A stretch of DNA of 10,079 nucleotides, taken from assembly GCA_041562555.1 (NCBI GenBank), contig JBFEXS010000081.1, positions 1-10,079 on the forward strand, given 5' to 3'. Positions 1-6,896 of this stretch are shown piece after piece. This stretch comes from Sulfurimonadaceae bacterium (lineage in GTDB: Bacteria > Campylobacterota > Campylobacteria > Campylobacterales > Sulfurimonadaceae). Below the pieces are notes generated by a model. The model had not been told where the DNA came from, did not search any database, and saw only the letters and a list, made by a program, of their open reading frames with translations. Both the position numbers and the translations under genes were made by a program. Numbering within the stretch: the first letter of the stretch is position 1; every line of letters starts with the position of its first letter.

Positions 1-1
1 T

Positions 2-847
2 GAAAAACTTACGGGTATCCCGGGGATGTACGTAAAATTCTGTGCTGGTCAGGGTGTCTCCTCTGCAAGTGAAAAATTTGCTGCAACTCCATACTCTAAT
101 GAAGCAAGTGGACATGATATTAGGGATGTGCAGCTCGGAGGGCTGATCTTTGTGCCTTACGATAACGGGCAATACTCTATCGGAACACAGTTCTATGCAG
201 CATCCAATTTACCTGGTCAGAACATAGCAATGCCAGGGAATACTAGTCCACATCCAGTAGGTTCAGTTACAAGCCTAACCCCTGTAGGTGATCTTTATAG
301 TGGTTCAATGTACTTCATGATGAATGGTATTGGAAGCGAATGGGCCGATTTCCTAGATGACACTACTTTCTTTATGTCAGGAGCTATGTCTCGGACTAAT
401 CCGGGGAGTGGAACTGATCAATTTGGTCAAACTAAAGCAATGTTAGGATCTACTGAAATGGAAAATGGTTACTCTTATTGGGTGGGACTCAATATGCCAT
501 CTCTTTTCTCGGATGATGGACGTTTCGGTATCGAGTACAACCATGGATCAGAGTACTGGAGATCAATCACCTATGGCGAAGATACAATGATAGGTTCAAA
601 AGTAGCAGCACGTGGTGATGCCTATGAAATCTACTTTACAGAACCAATACTTGAAGATGCCTTGAGTCTGCAAATCCGTTATACCTACATCGACTATGAG
701 TACTCAGGATCAAATGGATTTTTTGGTAATGCGACTGGTACGCCGTATAAAATCGATGAAATCGATTCCACAATGGCTGCCTTTAACTCAGGAAACGTTG
801 TAGATATCGCACAAGATGTACGTGTCTATCTAAGATATCGTTTCTAA
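2..847 (+). CDS. DUF3373-like outer-membrane (beta-barrel/porin-like) protein, 5' truncated by the window edge
   Basis: The frame is open from position 2 (EKLTGIPG-MYVKFCAGQG...) to TAA at 845-847, so the ATG at 26 is internal. It has Gly/aromatic-rich amphipathic segments (GYSYWVG, GRFGIEYNHGS.YW, K.AARG.AYE.Y, LSLQIRYTYIDY.YSGSNGFFG) and a C-terminal YLRYRF with terminal Phe, typical of BAM-substrate beta-barrels. The family call is from recall of motifs, not a search. Confidence 0.75.
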   Translation, partial: EKLTGIPGMYVKFCAGQGVSSASEKFAATPYSNEASGHDIRDVQLGGLIFVPYDNGQYSIGTQFYAASNLPGQNIAMPGNTSPHPVGSVTSLTPVGDLYSGSMYFMMNGIGSEWADFLDDTTFFMSGAMSRTNPGSGTDQFGQTKAMLGSTEMENGYSYWVGLNMPSLFSDDGRFGIEYNHGSEYWRSITYGEDTMIGSKVAARGDAYEIYFTEPILEDALSLQIRYTYIDYEYSGSNGFFGNATGTPYKIDEIDSTMAAFNSGNVVDIAQDVRVYLRYRF

Positions 848-860
848 AGTTCGATCCCTT

Positions 861-880
861 ACCTTGCCAGAAGGCAAGGT
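861..880 (+). terminator. Stem-loop downstream of the DUF3373-like gene, probable terminator
   Basis: Perfect 8-bp inverted repeat ACCTTGCC-agaa-GGCAAGGT, starting 14 nt after the stop. The pyrimidine tract (TCTTTCTTTCC) is displaced by about 7 nt, so it is not a canonical intrinsic terminator. Confidence 0.55.
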
Positions 881-942
881 GTGACAATCTTTCTTTCCTA
901 CCTCTACTCAACACTTAACACGAATTAAAATTTATTTGTCAT

Positions 943-979
943 AAAAGAAGAAGGTCTGTCTTTTGCCTGAAAAGACAGA
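943..979 (-). terminator. Probable intrinsic terminator of the ALDH-DUF523-bcp transcript
   Basis: Perfect 10-bp inverted repeat TCTGTCTTTT (955-964) / AAAAGACAGA (970-979) with a 5-nt loop. On the minus strand it is followed by CCTTCTTCTTTT and lies about 25 nt past the bcp stop. Confidence 0.65.
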
Positions 980-1003
980 TAAGCATTAGATATATATACT
1001 TGC

Positions 1004-1507
1004 TTATGCCTGTAGTTCTTGAAGTCTCTGCTGTACTTCTTGTACATGAACAATTTCATACTCTTGTCCATCTTTTTTACGCTTTTGGCGTACACGTACA
1101 TTGTCCCAACCGGCAACAATGTTTCCTTCCGGGTCAATAATATAGGTTGTACGTACGATACCCATATACTCTTTTCCGTAATTCTTTTTTAGCTGCCAAA
1201 CACCAAACTCCTGCATCATAGAAGTATCTTCGTCTGAAAGGAGTGTGATACCAAGGTCATGCTTGGCAATAAAGTTTTGATGCTTTTTCATCCCGTCTGC
1301 ACTCACACCCAGTATAACAGCATTCAACCCCTCAAAAGTTGGTTCTGCCTCGGTAAAATCACAAGCCTCTGTCGTACAACCTGGTGTATTGTCTTTTGGA
1401 TAAAAATAAAGGACTACCCACTTACCCTTGAGGTCACGGGAACATATCTCCACCCCATCTTGATTCGGAAGGCAAAATTCCGGTGCTTTTTGACCTATTT
1501 CTAACAT
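1004..1507 (-). CDS. bcp: Thioredoxin-dependent thiol peroxidase (Bcp/PrxQ peroxiredoxin), 2-Cys type
   Basis: Contains the signature VVLYFYPKDNTPGCTTEAC (peroxidatic and resolving Cys, CxxxxC), plus GVSAD, LLSD, FGVW..K..YGK.YMGIVRTTYIID. An AAGGA RBS lies upstream of the ATG. Confidence 0.95.
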   Translation of the reverse strand: MLEIGQKAPEFCLPNQDGVEICSRDLKGKWVVLYFYPKDNTPGCTTEACDFTEAEPTFEGLNAVILGVSADGMKKHQNFIAKHDLGITLLSDEDTSMMQEFGVWQLKKNYGKEYMGIVRTTYIIDPEGNIVAGWDNVRVRQKRKKDGQEYEIVHVQEVQQRLQELQA

Positions 1508-1528
1508 CTTATTTCCTTTTATATGGTT

Positions 1529-1960
1529 TTATTTATAATTGTTTTCATCAAAAAAGATTGATTCATCATAAATCTCCAAGAGTTTATGAACAAACAATCC
1601 ATTTTCTGTTTTTGTTTCATCCTCATATTTGACAGGGGTTGTCCCATATCCACACGAAGGTGATTTTGACTTTAAAATGATCTTGTCCAAGGGTGGACAA
1701 GTAGCCAAAAAACTGTCGATCTCCTCTTCTAAAGCCTCAGTGGCATCCAGGCCATCCTCTCGAATGACATAGATCTTATCAGCTTTGACCTCTAAAGAGA
1801 TCTTCGGCCTAGGTACTCCCATGAACTTTTCCGGACAAAAGGGAATGATCTCATATCCATCCAGGTCGTCATAGATATCCATCTTCGTCGTTCCGTCGTA
1901 CCGACATATCTCATTGAGCAGACACGATGAGACCAAAACTCTTTTTTTATGCTCTTTCAC
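1529..1960 (-). CDS. DUF523 family protein (TudS / thiouracil desulfidase-like [4Fe-4S] protein)
   Basis: Motifs LVSSCLL...CRYDG, PFCPE..MGVPRP and ILKSKSPSCG...G.F supply the three conserved Cys of DUF523. The GTG start at 1960-1958 overlaps the ALDH TAG stop by 1 nt (TAGTG). Confidence 0.85.
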   Translation of the reverse strand: MKEHKKRVLVSSCLLNEICRYDGTTKMDIYDDLDGYEIIPFCPEKFMGVPRPKISLEVKADKIYVIREDGLDATEALEEEIDSFLATCPPLDKIILKSKSPSCGYGTTPVKYEDETKTENGLFVHKLLEIYDESIFFDENNYK

Positions 1961-3375
1961 TAGCAGATAACGACCGATTTGATCTCTGTAAACTCTTCGA
2001 TCGCAAATCGAGGTCCCTCACGACCGATACCACTGAGTTTCACACCTCCATAAGGCTGAATATCAAAGCGGAGTGTCGGCATATCATTGATCACAATACC
2101 GCCTGCATCCAGTTCAGAAATAGCGCGCTGCGTCAAACTTAGATCATTGGTAAAGACGGAGAACTGCAGACCATACGGAGAATTGTTCATTCGTGGCGCA
2201 GCATCATCAAAATCTTTCACCTTTACCAGTGAGACGATCGGGGCAAAGACCTCTTCACATACAATCGCCATATCGTCGCGTACATCCGCCATGACACAGG
2301 GATAAAACATACGTCCTTCACACTTCACCTCAGTGATACAGCGGGCACCTTCATCTATGGCTGACTGTACCCAGCCCATTGCACGCCCGGCTGCTTCATC
2401 ATTGATAAGCGGTCCCATGAAGGTCTCATCCTCATAGGGGGATCCAACTTTTAGTTTTTTGGTCTCTTCTGCCATCTTGGCAGCAAAGGTATCATAGATA
2501 TCCTCATGTACATAAATCCTCTGTAACGATATACAGACCTGTCCGGAATTCACAAAGGCACCCAAAGCACATCGGTTTGCTGCGACATCCAGATCTGCTG
2601 ACTTATCTATAAAGGTCGCTGCATTCCCGCCTAGTTCCAAGGAGACTTTCTTGATGCCTGCAGACTTCGTGATAATATTACCCACCGGAACCGAACCCGT
2701 AAAGGAGATGACACGCGGTATCTCATGGGATACAAGTGTTGAACCGACTTCCACATCCCCATATACGACGGACAGTGCATCTTTGATAGCATATTCGCTC
2801 TCAATAAAGAGTTTCGCAAACTTATAGGCAGTCAATGGAGCTTCCGGTGTCGGCTTAAGCACCACACAGTTTCCCGAAACTAAGGCAGGTGCCAGTTTAT
2901 GCGCCACAAGATTTAGCGGAAAATTAAAAGGTGTAATCGCAGAAACGACACCTACAGGCTCTCTGAAATAATAAGATATAGCCTTTTTCCCTGATGGCAT
3001 GGCATCTGTGTTAATCGTCTCGCCATGCATTGTACGCATCGTCTCGGCAGAAAGGGTTACCGTTTCTATCGCACGATCTACCTCTACCCGAGAAAACATC
3101 AAAGGCTTTCCTACTTCATCTGTGATTGTTCGTGCGATATCTTCACGATTGTCCTTCAGTTTTTGGGCCACATCCAACAGCCAGTTACAACGCTGAGCCA
3201 CTGTCGAAGCCTTCGCAGAAGCTGCTGCATTTTCAGCTATTTTAAGGGCTTTGATCGTATCTTCTGCCGTACATTCAGGTGCAGAAGACACCACTCTTCC
3301 ATCAAAAGGTGAATGTCGCTGACTATGTTCTGCTTTTGTTGCAGGAGTACTTCCAAAAAATATCTGTGCTTGCAT
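1960..3375 (-). CDS. NAD(P)+-dependent aldehyde dehydrogenase family protein (lactaldehyde-DH/GAPN/y4uC-like branch), substrate unknown
   Basis: Contains ITPFNFPLNL (oxyanion Asn), LKP, SFTGS..VG, LELGGNA (catalytic Glu), SGQVCIS (catalytic Cys), EEVFAP and PYGGVKLSGIGREG. An AGGA RBS at 3387-3384 is 8 nt from the ATG at 3375; TTG at 3378 is an alternative start. Confidence 0.93.
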   Translation of the reverse strand: MQAQIFFGSTPATKAEHSQRHSPFDGRVVSSAPECTAEDTIKALKIAENAAASAKASTVAQRCNWLLDVAQKLKDNREDIARTITDEVGKPLMFSRVEVDRAIETVTLSAETMRTMHGETINTDAMPSGKKAISYYFREPVGVVSAITPFNFPLNLVAHKLAPALVSGNCVVLKPTPEAPLTAYKFAKLFIESEYAIKDALSVVYGDVEVGSTLVSHEIPRVISFTGSVPVGNIITKSAGIKKVSLELGGNAATFIDKSADLDVAANRCALGAFVNSGQVCISLQRIYVHEDIYDTFAAKMAEETKKLKVGSPYEDETFMGPLINDEAAGRAMGWVQSAIDEGARCITEVKCEGRMFYPCVMADVRDDMAIVCEEVFAPIVSLVKVKDFDDAAPRMNNSPYGLQFSVFTNDLSLTQRAISELDAGGIVINDMPTLRFDIQPYGGVKLSGIGREGPRFAIEEFTEIKSVVIC

Positions 3376-3405
3376 CAATCTGTTCCTAAGTTGAGTTTGT
3401 ATGCA

Positions 3406-3411
3406 ATTATA
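3406..3411 (-). promoter_or_regulatory. Putative sigma70 -10 box for the ALDH operon
   Basis: Perfect TATAAT on the minus strand about 30 nt upstream of the start, with A/T-tract-rich upstream DNA and no clear -35, as is typical of Campylobacterota RpoD promoters. Confidence 0.55.
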
Positions 3412-3475
3412 CCCTTAGTAATTTAAAAAAAATTTCTAAGCAAAATGCTTTAACACGGATTTTAGGTTTATCACT

Positions 3476-3481
3476 TACAAT
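3476..3481 (+). promoter_or_regulatory. Putative sigma70 -10 box for the globin gene
   Basis: TACAAT (5/6 match to TATAAT) 27 nt upstream of the ATG at 3509. Confidence 0.35.
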
Positions 3482-3508
3482 TCCGACATTAAACATGAAT
3501 GGATAGAT

Positions 3509-3964
3509 ATGAATTTTTCAACCCTAGATCTTACTGCCACACCAGGTCAATTCGGCCATCGTCCGCCGGTAACAAAACCTAACCCGGAGTTTCTACAAGA
3601 ACTTGGTGAAGAGGCCTTTAGAAAGCTTGTAAATGATCATTATGAACTTCTGAAAGACAGCGATATTGCACATCTTTTTCCTACCGAAGATCCGAATGAG
3701 TTTGCTGCAGCGAAGAAACATGCCGCTGACTTTATGATCCAGATCTGCGGTGGTCCAAGCTACTTCAACCAATCTCGTGGAGCACCGCAGATGGTAGGAC
3801 GCCATGCTCCTTTTGCCATCACAGAACAAGCCCGTCTTCGATGGTTGGAATGTTACGCGATGCTGCTTCCTTCCCTTAGTCCTAAAGTATCCAATGAAAA
3901 CATCCAGTCATTTTGGAACTATTTGAATGTTTTCTCTCAATGGATGGTCAATACCCAATCCTAA
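3509..3964 (+). CDS. Truncated (2/2) haemoglobin, group II (trHbO)-like globin
   Basis: Contains LGEE.FRKLV..HY (B10 Tyr), IAHLFP (CD1 Phe), F..QICGGP.YF...RG.P.M..RH.PF.I (proximal His F8) and R.RWL.C (G8 Trp), ending in MVN. This is the trHbO pattern. Confidence 0.88.
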   Translation: MNFSTLDLTATPGQFGHRPPVTKPNPEFLQELGEEAFRKLVNDHYELLKDSDIAHLFPTEDPNEFAAAKKHAADFMIQICGGPSYFNQSRGAPQMVGRHAPFAITEQARLRWLECYAMLLPSLSPKVSNENIQSFWNYLNVFSQWMVNTQS

Positions 3965-3978
3965 AGTGTATACTTTTC

Positions 3979-3995
3979 AGCCCTACTACAGGGCT
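3979..3995 (+). terminator. Short stem-loop after the globin gene, possible terminator
   Basis: AGCCCT-actac-AGGGCT, a 6-bp stem starting 15 nt after the stop, with no clean U tract. Confidence 0.35.
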
Positions 3996-4044
3996 ATCTC
4001 TATACTACTCCTTATCTTTTACATTTACTTCAACACTTTTTAGA

Positions 4045-4050
4045 TAGAAT
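4045..4050 (+). promoter_or_regulatory. Putative sigma70 -10 box for the ilvE operon
   Basis: TAGAAT 37 nt upstream of the ilvE ATG, preceded by periodic T-tracts. A GGAG RBS lies at 4078-4081. Confidence 0.45.
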
Positions 4051-4087
4051 CACCTAATTTTTAACGAACAATTTTTCGGAGCAAACA

Positions 4088-5008
4088 ATGAACGAAGCCA
4101 AATATATTTGGATGAATGGAGAGTTTAAACCTTGGAATGAGGCACAGACTCACGTATTATCGCACACAATCCACTATGGTAATGGTGTGATTGAAGGTAC
4201 AAAAGCCTATAAGACAGACAAGGGCTATGCTATCTTTCGTCTGAATGAGCACACGTCACGTCTATTGGAGTCAGCAAAGATGACCCTGCTGGACATCCCT
4301 TACAGTGTAGAAGAACTGAATAAAGCACAGATAGAATTGATCAAGAAAAACGACTTTACCGGTGATAATGTCTATCTGCGTCCTTTTGCCTTTATCGGAT
4401 ACGGTCAAATGGGTGTCTATCATATCGGTGCACCTGTTGAGACTGTATTGGCAGCATGGGAATGGGGAGCTTATCTTGGAGAAGAAGGTCTGCAAAAAGG
4501 TATCCGCCTTAAGATCGCTTCTATGACACGTCCTGCCAATACCTCAAACATGGGTAAGGCAAAAGCAACAGCAAACTACCTCAATTCTCAAATGGCAAAA
4601 TTTGAAGCGATCGAGTGCGGTTATGACGAAGCACTCTTGCTGGACGACCAGGGCTATGTAGCTGAAGCAAGCGGCGCTGCTTTCTTCATGATCAAAAACG
4701 GTGAAATCATCACACCGCCAAGTGACAACGCTTTGGCCTCTATCACGCAAAAGACAATCATCGAAGTCGCTCAAGACATGGGGTACACTGTCACACGTCG
4801 TCGCATCACCCGTGAAGAGCTCTATATTGCAGATGAGGCCTTTTTAACAGGAACTGCGGCGGAGATCACACCGGTTCGCGACATAGATGCACGCCAAATA
4901 GGTGCTGGTTCACGTGGACCGATCACTGAACAACTGCAGAGTACCTATTTTGACATCGTTTTCGGACGTAATCCAAAATATGAGCACTACCTGACATATA
5001 TCGACTAA
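4088..5008 (+). CDS. ilvE: Branched-chain amino acid aminotransferase (PLP fold type IV)
   Basis: Contains IWMNGEF..W, H.IHYG.GV.EG.KAY, IFRL.EH..RL..SA, YLRP, KAKATANY (PLP Lys), GYDEALLLD..G.VAE.SG, SIT, ADEAFLTGTAAEITPV and GPIT..LQ. Confidence 0.97.
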   Translation: MNEAKYIWMNGEFKPWNEAQTHVLSHTIHYGNGVIEGTKAYKTDKGYAIFRLNEHTSRLLESAKMTLLDIPYSVEELNKAQIELIKKNDFTGDNVYLRPFAFIGYGQMGVYHIGAPVETVLAAWEWGAYLGEEGLQKGIRLKIASMTRPANTSNMGKAKATANYLNSQMAKFEAIECGYDEALLLDDQGYVAEASGAAFFMIKNGEIITPPSDNALASITQKTIIEVAQDMGYTVTRRRITREELYIADEAFLTGTAAEITPVRDIDARQIGAGSRGPITEQLQSTYFDIVFGRNPKYEHYLTYID

Positions 5009-5029
5009 TTCAGACACAAAGGAATAACT

Positions 5030-6121
5030 ATGGGAATGTATAAGATGGCAACAGACATGAATGACTACTTTAACAAGAAGAAAAAAACAGGTGGAACCGG
5101 CGGTGGTGGGAACAATTTCCCTCCAAGATCGCCTAAGGCTCCAAATATCGATTTCAACTTCAAAGGTTCAGGTTTCCTCTATGTTATTATCGGTCTGATC
5201 GTCCTTATGCTGTTAGCAAAACCGTTTACCATTGTCGAAGAGGGGCAACGCGGTATTCTCTCGACCAATGGTAAATATGAAGCTAATGCGCTTCTTCCAG
5301 GACTGCACTTCATCGTCCCGGTGATCCAGAAAGTCTATCTTGTAGACACCAAGGTACGTATCATCAACTATGCAGATAGAATCGAACGGACAGCAATGTC
5401 AAACAATGAGGGACTAAGCGTTAAACCGGCTATTACCGTATTGGACAAGCGTGGTCTTCCCGTAGGAATTGAACTGACTGTTCAATATCGTCTTAATGCC
5501 ATCAACGCAGCACAGACTATCTCTAATTGGGGATTTTCTTGGGAAGAGAAGATCATCAACCCTGTTGTACGTGATGTTGTAAGAAATGTCATCGGTAAAT
5601 ATGATGCCGAGAGTCTTCCTACCAAACGTAACGAGATCGCACGTGCCATCGAGCAAGGTATCCGTGATAGCGTTGACAAGCAAGAAAACGCTCCTGCAAA
5701 CCTTGAATCAGTACAACTCAGAGAGATCATCCTTCCTCAAAAAGTAAAAGATCAGATCGAACGTGTCCAGTTGGCTAAACAACAGGTGGAACAGGCGCAG
5801 CAAGAAGTGGAAAAGGCGAAACAAGAGGCCTTCAAACGTGAAGAGACTGAACGTGGTAAAGCCAACGCAATCAAGATTGCCGCTGAAGGTAAGGCAAAGG
5901 CGATCGAGATCGAAGCCCAGGCCCAAGCACGCGCGAATAAGGTAATCGCACAATCCCTGACGACTCAATTGATCCAACTTGAACAGATCAAGGTCCAAGG
6001 ACAGTTCAATGAAGCACTGAAAGAAAACAAGGATGCGAAAATCTTCCTGACTCCTGGCGGGTCTACTCCGAATATCTGGGTAGATATGAAAGACAAACAA
6101 AAACGCACTACTGCGAAATAA
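5030..6121 (+). CDS. SPFH/band 7/prohibitin family membrane protein
   Basis: Basic/Gly-Pro-rich N-terminus, one TM helix (GFLYVIIGLIVLMLLA), SPFH domain (PFTIVEEGQRGI...GKY...PGLHF.VP.IQ...V.LREI.LP) and a C-terminal Ala/Glu/Gln coiled coil. An AAGGA RBS lies at 5019-5023; the ATG at 5045 is an alternative start. Confidence 0.92.
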   Translation: MGMYKMATDMNDYFNKKKKTGGTGGGGNNFPPRSPKAPNIDFNFKGSGFLYVIIGLIVLMLLAKPFTIVEEGQRGILSTNGKYEANALLPGLHFIVPVIQKVYLVDTKVRIINYADRIERTAMSNNEGLSVKPAITVLDKRGLPVGIELTVQYRLNAINAAQTISNWGFSWEEKIINPVVRDVVRNVIGKYDAESLPTKRNEIARAIEQGIRDSVDKQENAPANLESVQLREIILPQKVKDQIERVQLAKQQVEQAQQEVEKAKQEAFKREETERGKANAIKIAAEGKAKAIEIEAQAQARANKVIAQSLTTQLIQLEQIKVQGQFNEALKENKDAKIFLTPGGSTPNIWVDMKDKQKRTTAK

Positions 6122-6132
6122 GAGACTCTACT

Positions 6133-6197
6133 CGGGGATCCGTCCCCGGTAAAGTATTAAGCCAATTCGACCAAGGTCGGTTTAGCTTAATATTTTT
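6133..6197. repeat. Tandem inverted repeats: a small GC hairpin plus a 46-nt imperfect palindrome (terminator or REP-like element)
   Basis: CGGGGA-tccg-TCCCCG (6133-6148) is followed by AAAGTATTAAGC-caatt-CGACC-aa-GGTCG-gttta-GCTTAATATTTT (6151-6196), ending in a T5 run. Confidence 0.65.
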
Positions 6198-6213
6198 CAT
6201 CTAAAGAGATCAA

Positions 6214-6894
6214 ATGCAACATACGATCAACAAAGTCGATTGGGAAAAGTCAGAACTTTTACCCGTAATTGTCCAGGAAGTCGGTACCAATGAAGTATTG
6301 ATGATGGCCTATATGAACAAAGAGGCACTGGAACTTTCACTAAACACAAAGATTGCCCACTACTTCTCACGCTCCAAACAACGTATCTGGAAGAAAGGCG
6401 AATCAAGCGGACATACCCAGGCAATTCAAGAGTTCTTGCTTGATTGTGATAATGACACCCTGCTGATCAAGGTCGTTCAAGAAGGCGTCGCCTGTCATAC
6501 CGGCCGTAAGTCCTGTTTCTTCACCAATATTGAGACAGGAGAGGCTGTTTCAGATATACAGGTCGATTCTGCTGCCATGTATGGTGTCATAGATGAGTTA
6601 TATCACATTATATTGGATCGAAAAAGTGCAGATCCAGAGACCTCCTGGACAGCAAAACTCTTTGCTAAAGGTGAGAACACCATCCTCAAGAAGATTGTCG
6701 AAGAGGCGGGTGAACTCTGTTTCGCAGTAAAAGATGACAATGAAGAAGAAATCATCTACGAGGCAGCTGACCTTGTCTATCACTGTATGGTGGCACTTGG
6801 CCTTAAAAACATTTCTCCAGATCGTATCAAGCAAGAGCTGGCACGCCGATTTGGTATGAGTGGTATTACAGAAAAAAACTCCCGTAAAGATTAA
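6214..6894 (+). CDS. hisIE: Bifunctional phosphoribosyl-AMP cyclohydrolase / phosphoribosyl-ATP diphosphatase
   Basis: The HisI domain has LLPVIVQ...VLMMAYMN.EAL, YFSRSK..IW.KGESSGH, DCDNDTLL and ACHTGRKSCF. The HisE domain has S.TAKLF.KG, KKIVEEAGE and YEAADLVYH...L..RF. Confidence 0.97.
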   Translation: MQHTINKVDWEKSELLPVIVQEVGTNEVLMMAYMNKEALELSLNTKIAHYFSRSKQRIWKKGESSGHTQAIQEFLLDCDNDTLLIKVVQEGVACHTGRKSCFFTNIETGEAVSDIQVDSAAMYGVIDELYHIILDRKSADPETSWTAKLFAKGENTILKKIVEEAGELCFAVKDDNEEEIIYEAADLVYHCMVALGLKNISPDRIKQELARRFGMSGITEKNSRKD

Positions 6895-6896
6895 AT

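Noticed and set aside
254..289. Repeated PVG tripeptide (CCAGTAGGT / CCTGTAGGT) in the DUF3373-like loop
   Set aside because: At 9 nt with one mismatch, it is too short to support a duplication.
925..1137. 70-aa minus-strand ORF overlapping the bcp 3' end, plus a 15-codon ORF at 986-939 (MLICLFRQKTDLLLL)
   Set aside because: The longer ORF is an out-of-frame overlap with bcp. Both run through the terminator hairpin and have no clear RBS or recognisable motif.
1534..1552. Fur/PerR-like box upstream of bcp (TTTGATGAAAACAATTATA on the minus strand)
   Set aside because: It matches the classical Fur box at only 12/19 positions, in AT-rich coding sequence (FDENNY codons). The position is attractive but the match is too weak to call.
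3425..3432. A8 homopolymer as a phase-variation tract
   Set aside because: It is short and typical of AT-rich promoter DNA. Phase-variable tracts in this phylum are usually longer or poly-G/C.
3450..3463. Possible NssR/Crp-Fnr site (TTAAC-N4-GTTAA) before the globin
   Set aside because: Only the left half-site is present; the right half reads ATTTT.
5708..6100. 130-aa antisense Leu/Phe-rich ORF opposite the SPFH gene
   Set aside because: It is the shadow of the A-rich GAA/CAA/AAA codons of the coiled coil, with no independent evidence of coding.
6122..6213. Histidine attenuator, SRP RNA, tRNA or CRISPR repeat before hisIE
   Set aside because: There is no His-codon leader, no SRP GGAA-loop motif, no cloverleaf, and no repeat-spacer periodicity or cas genes.
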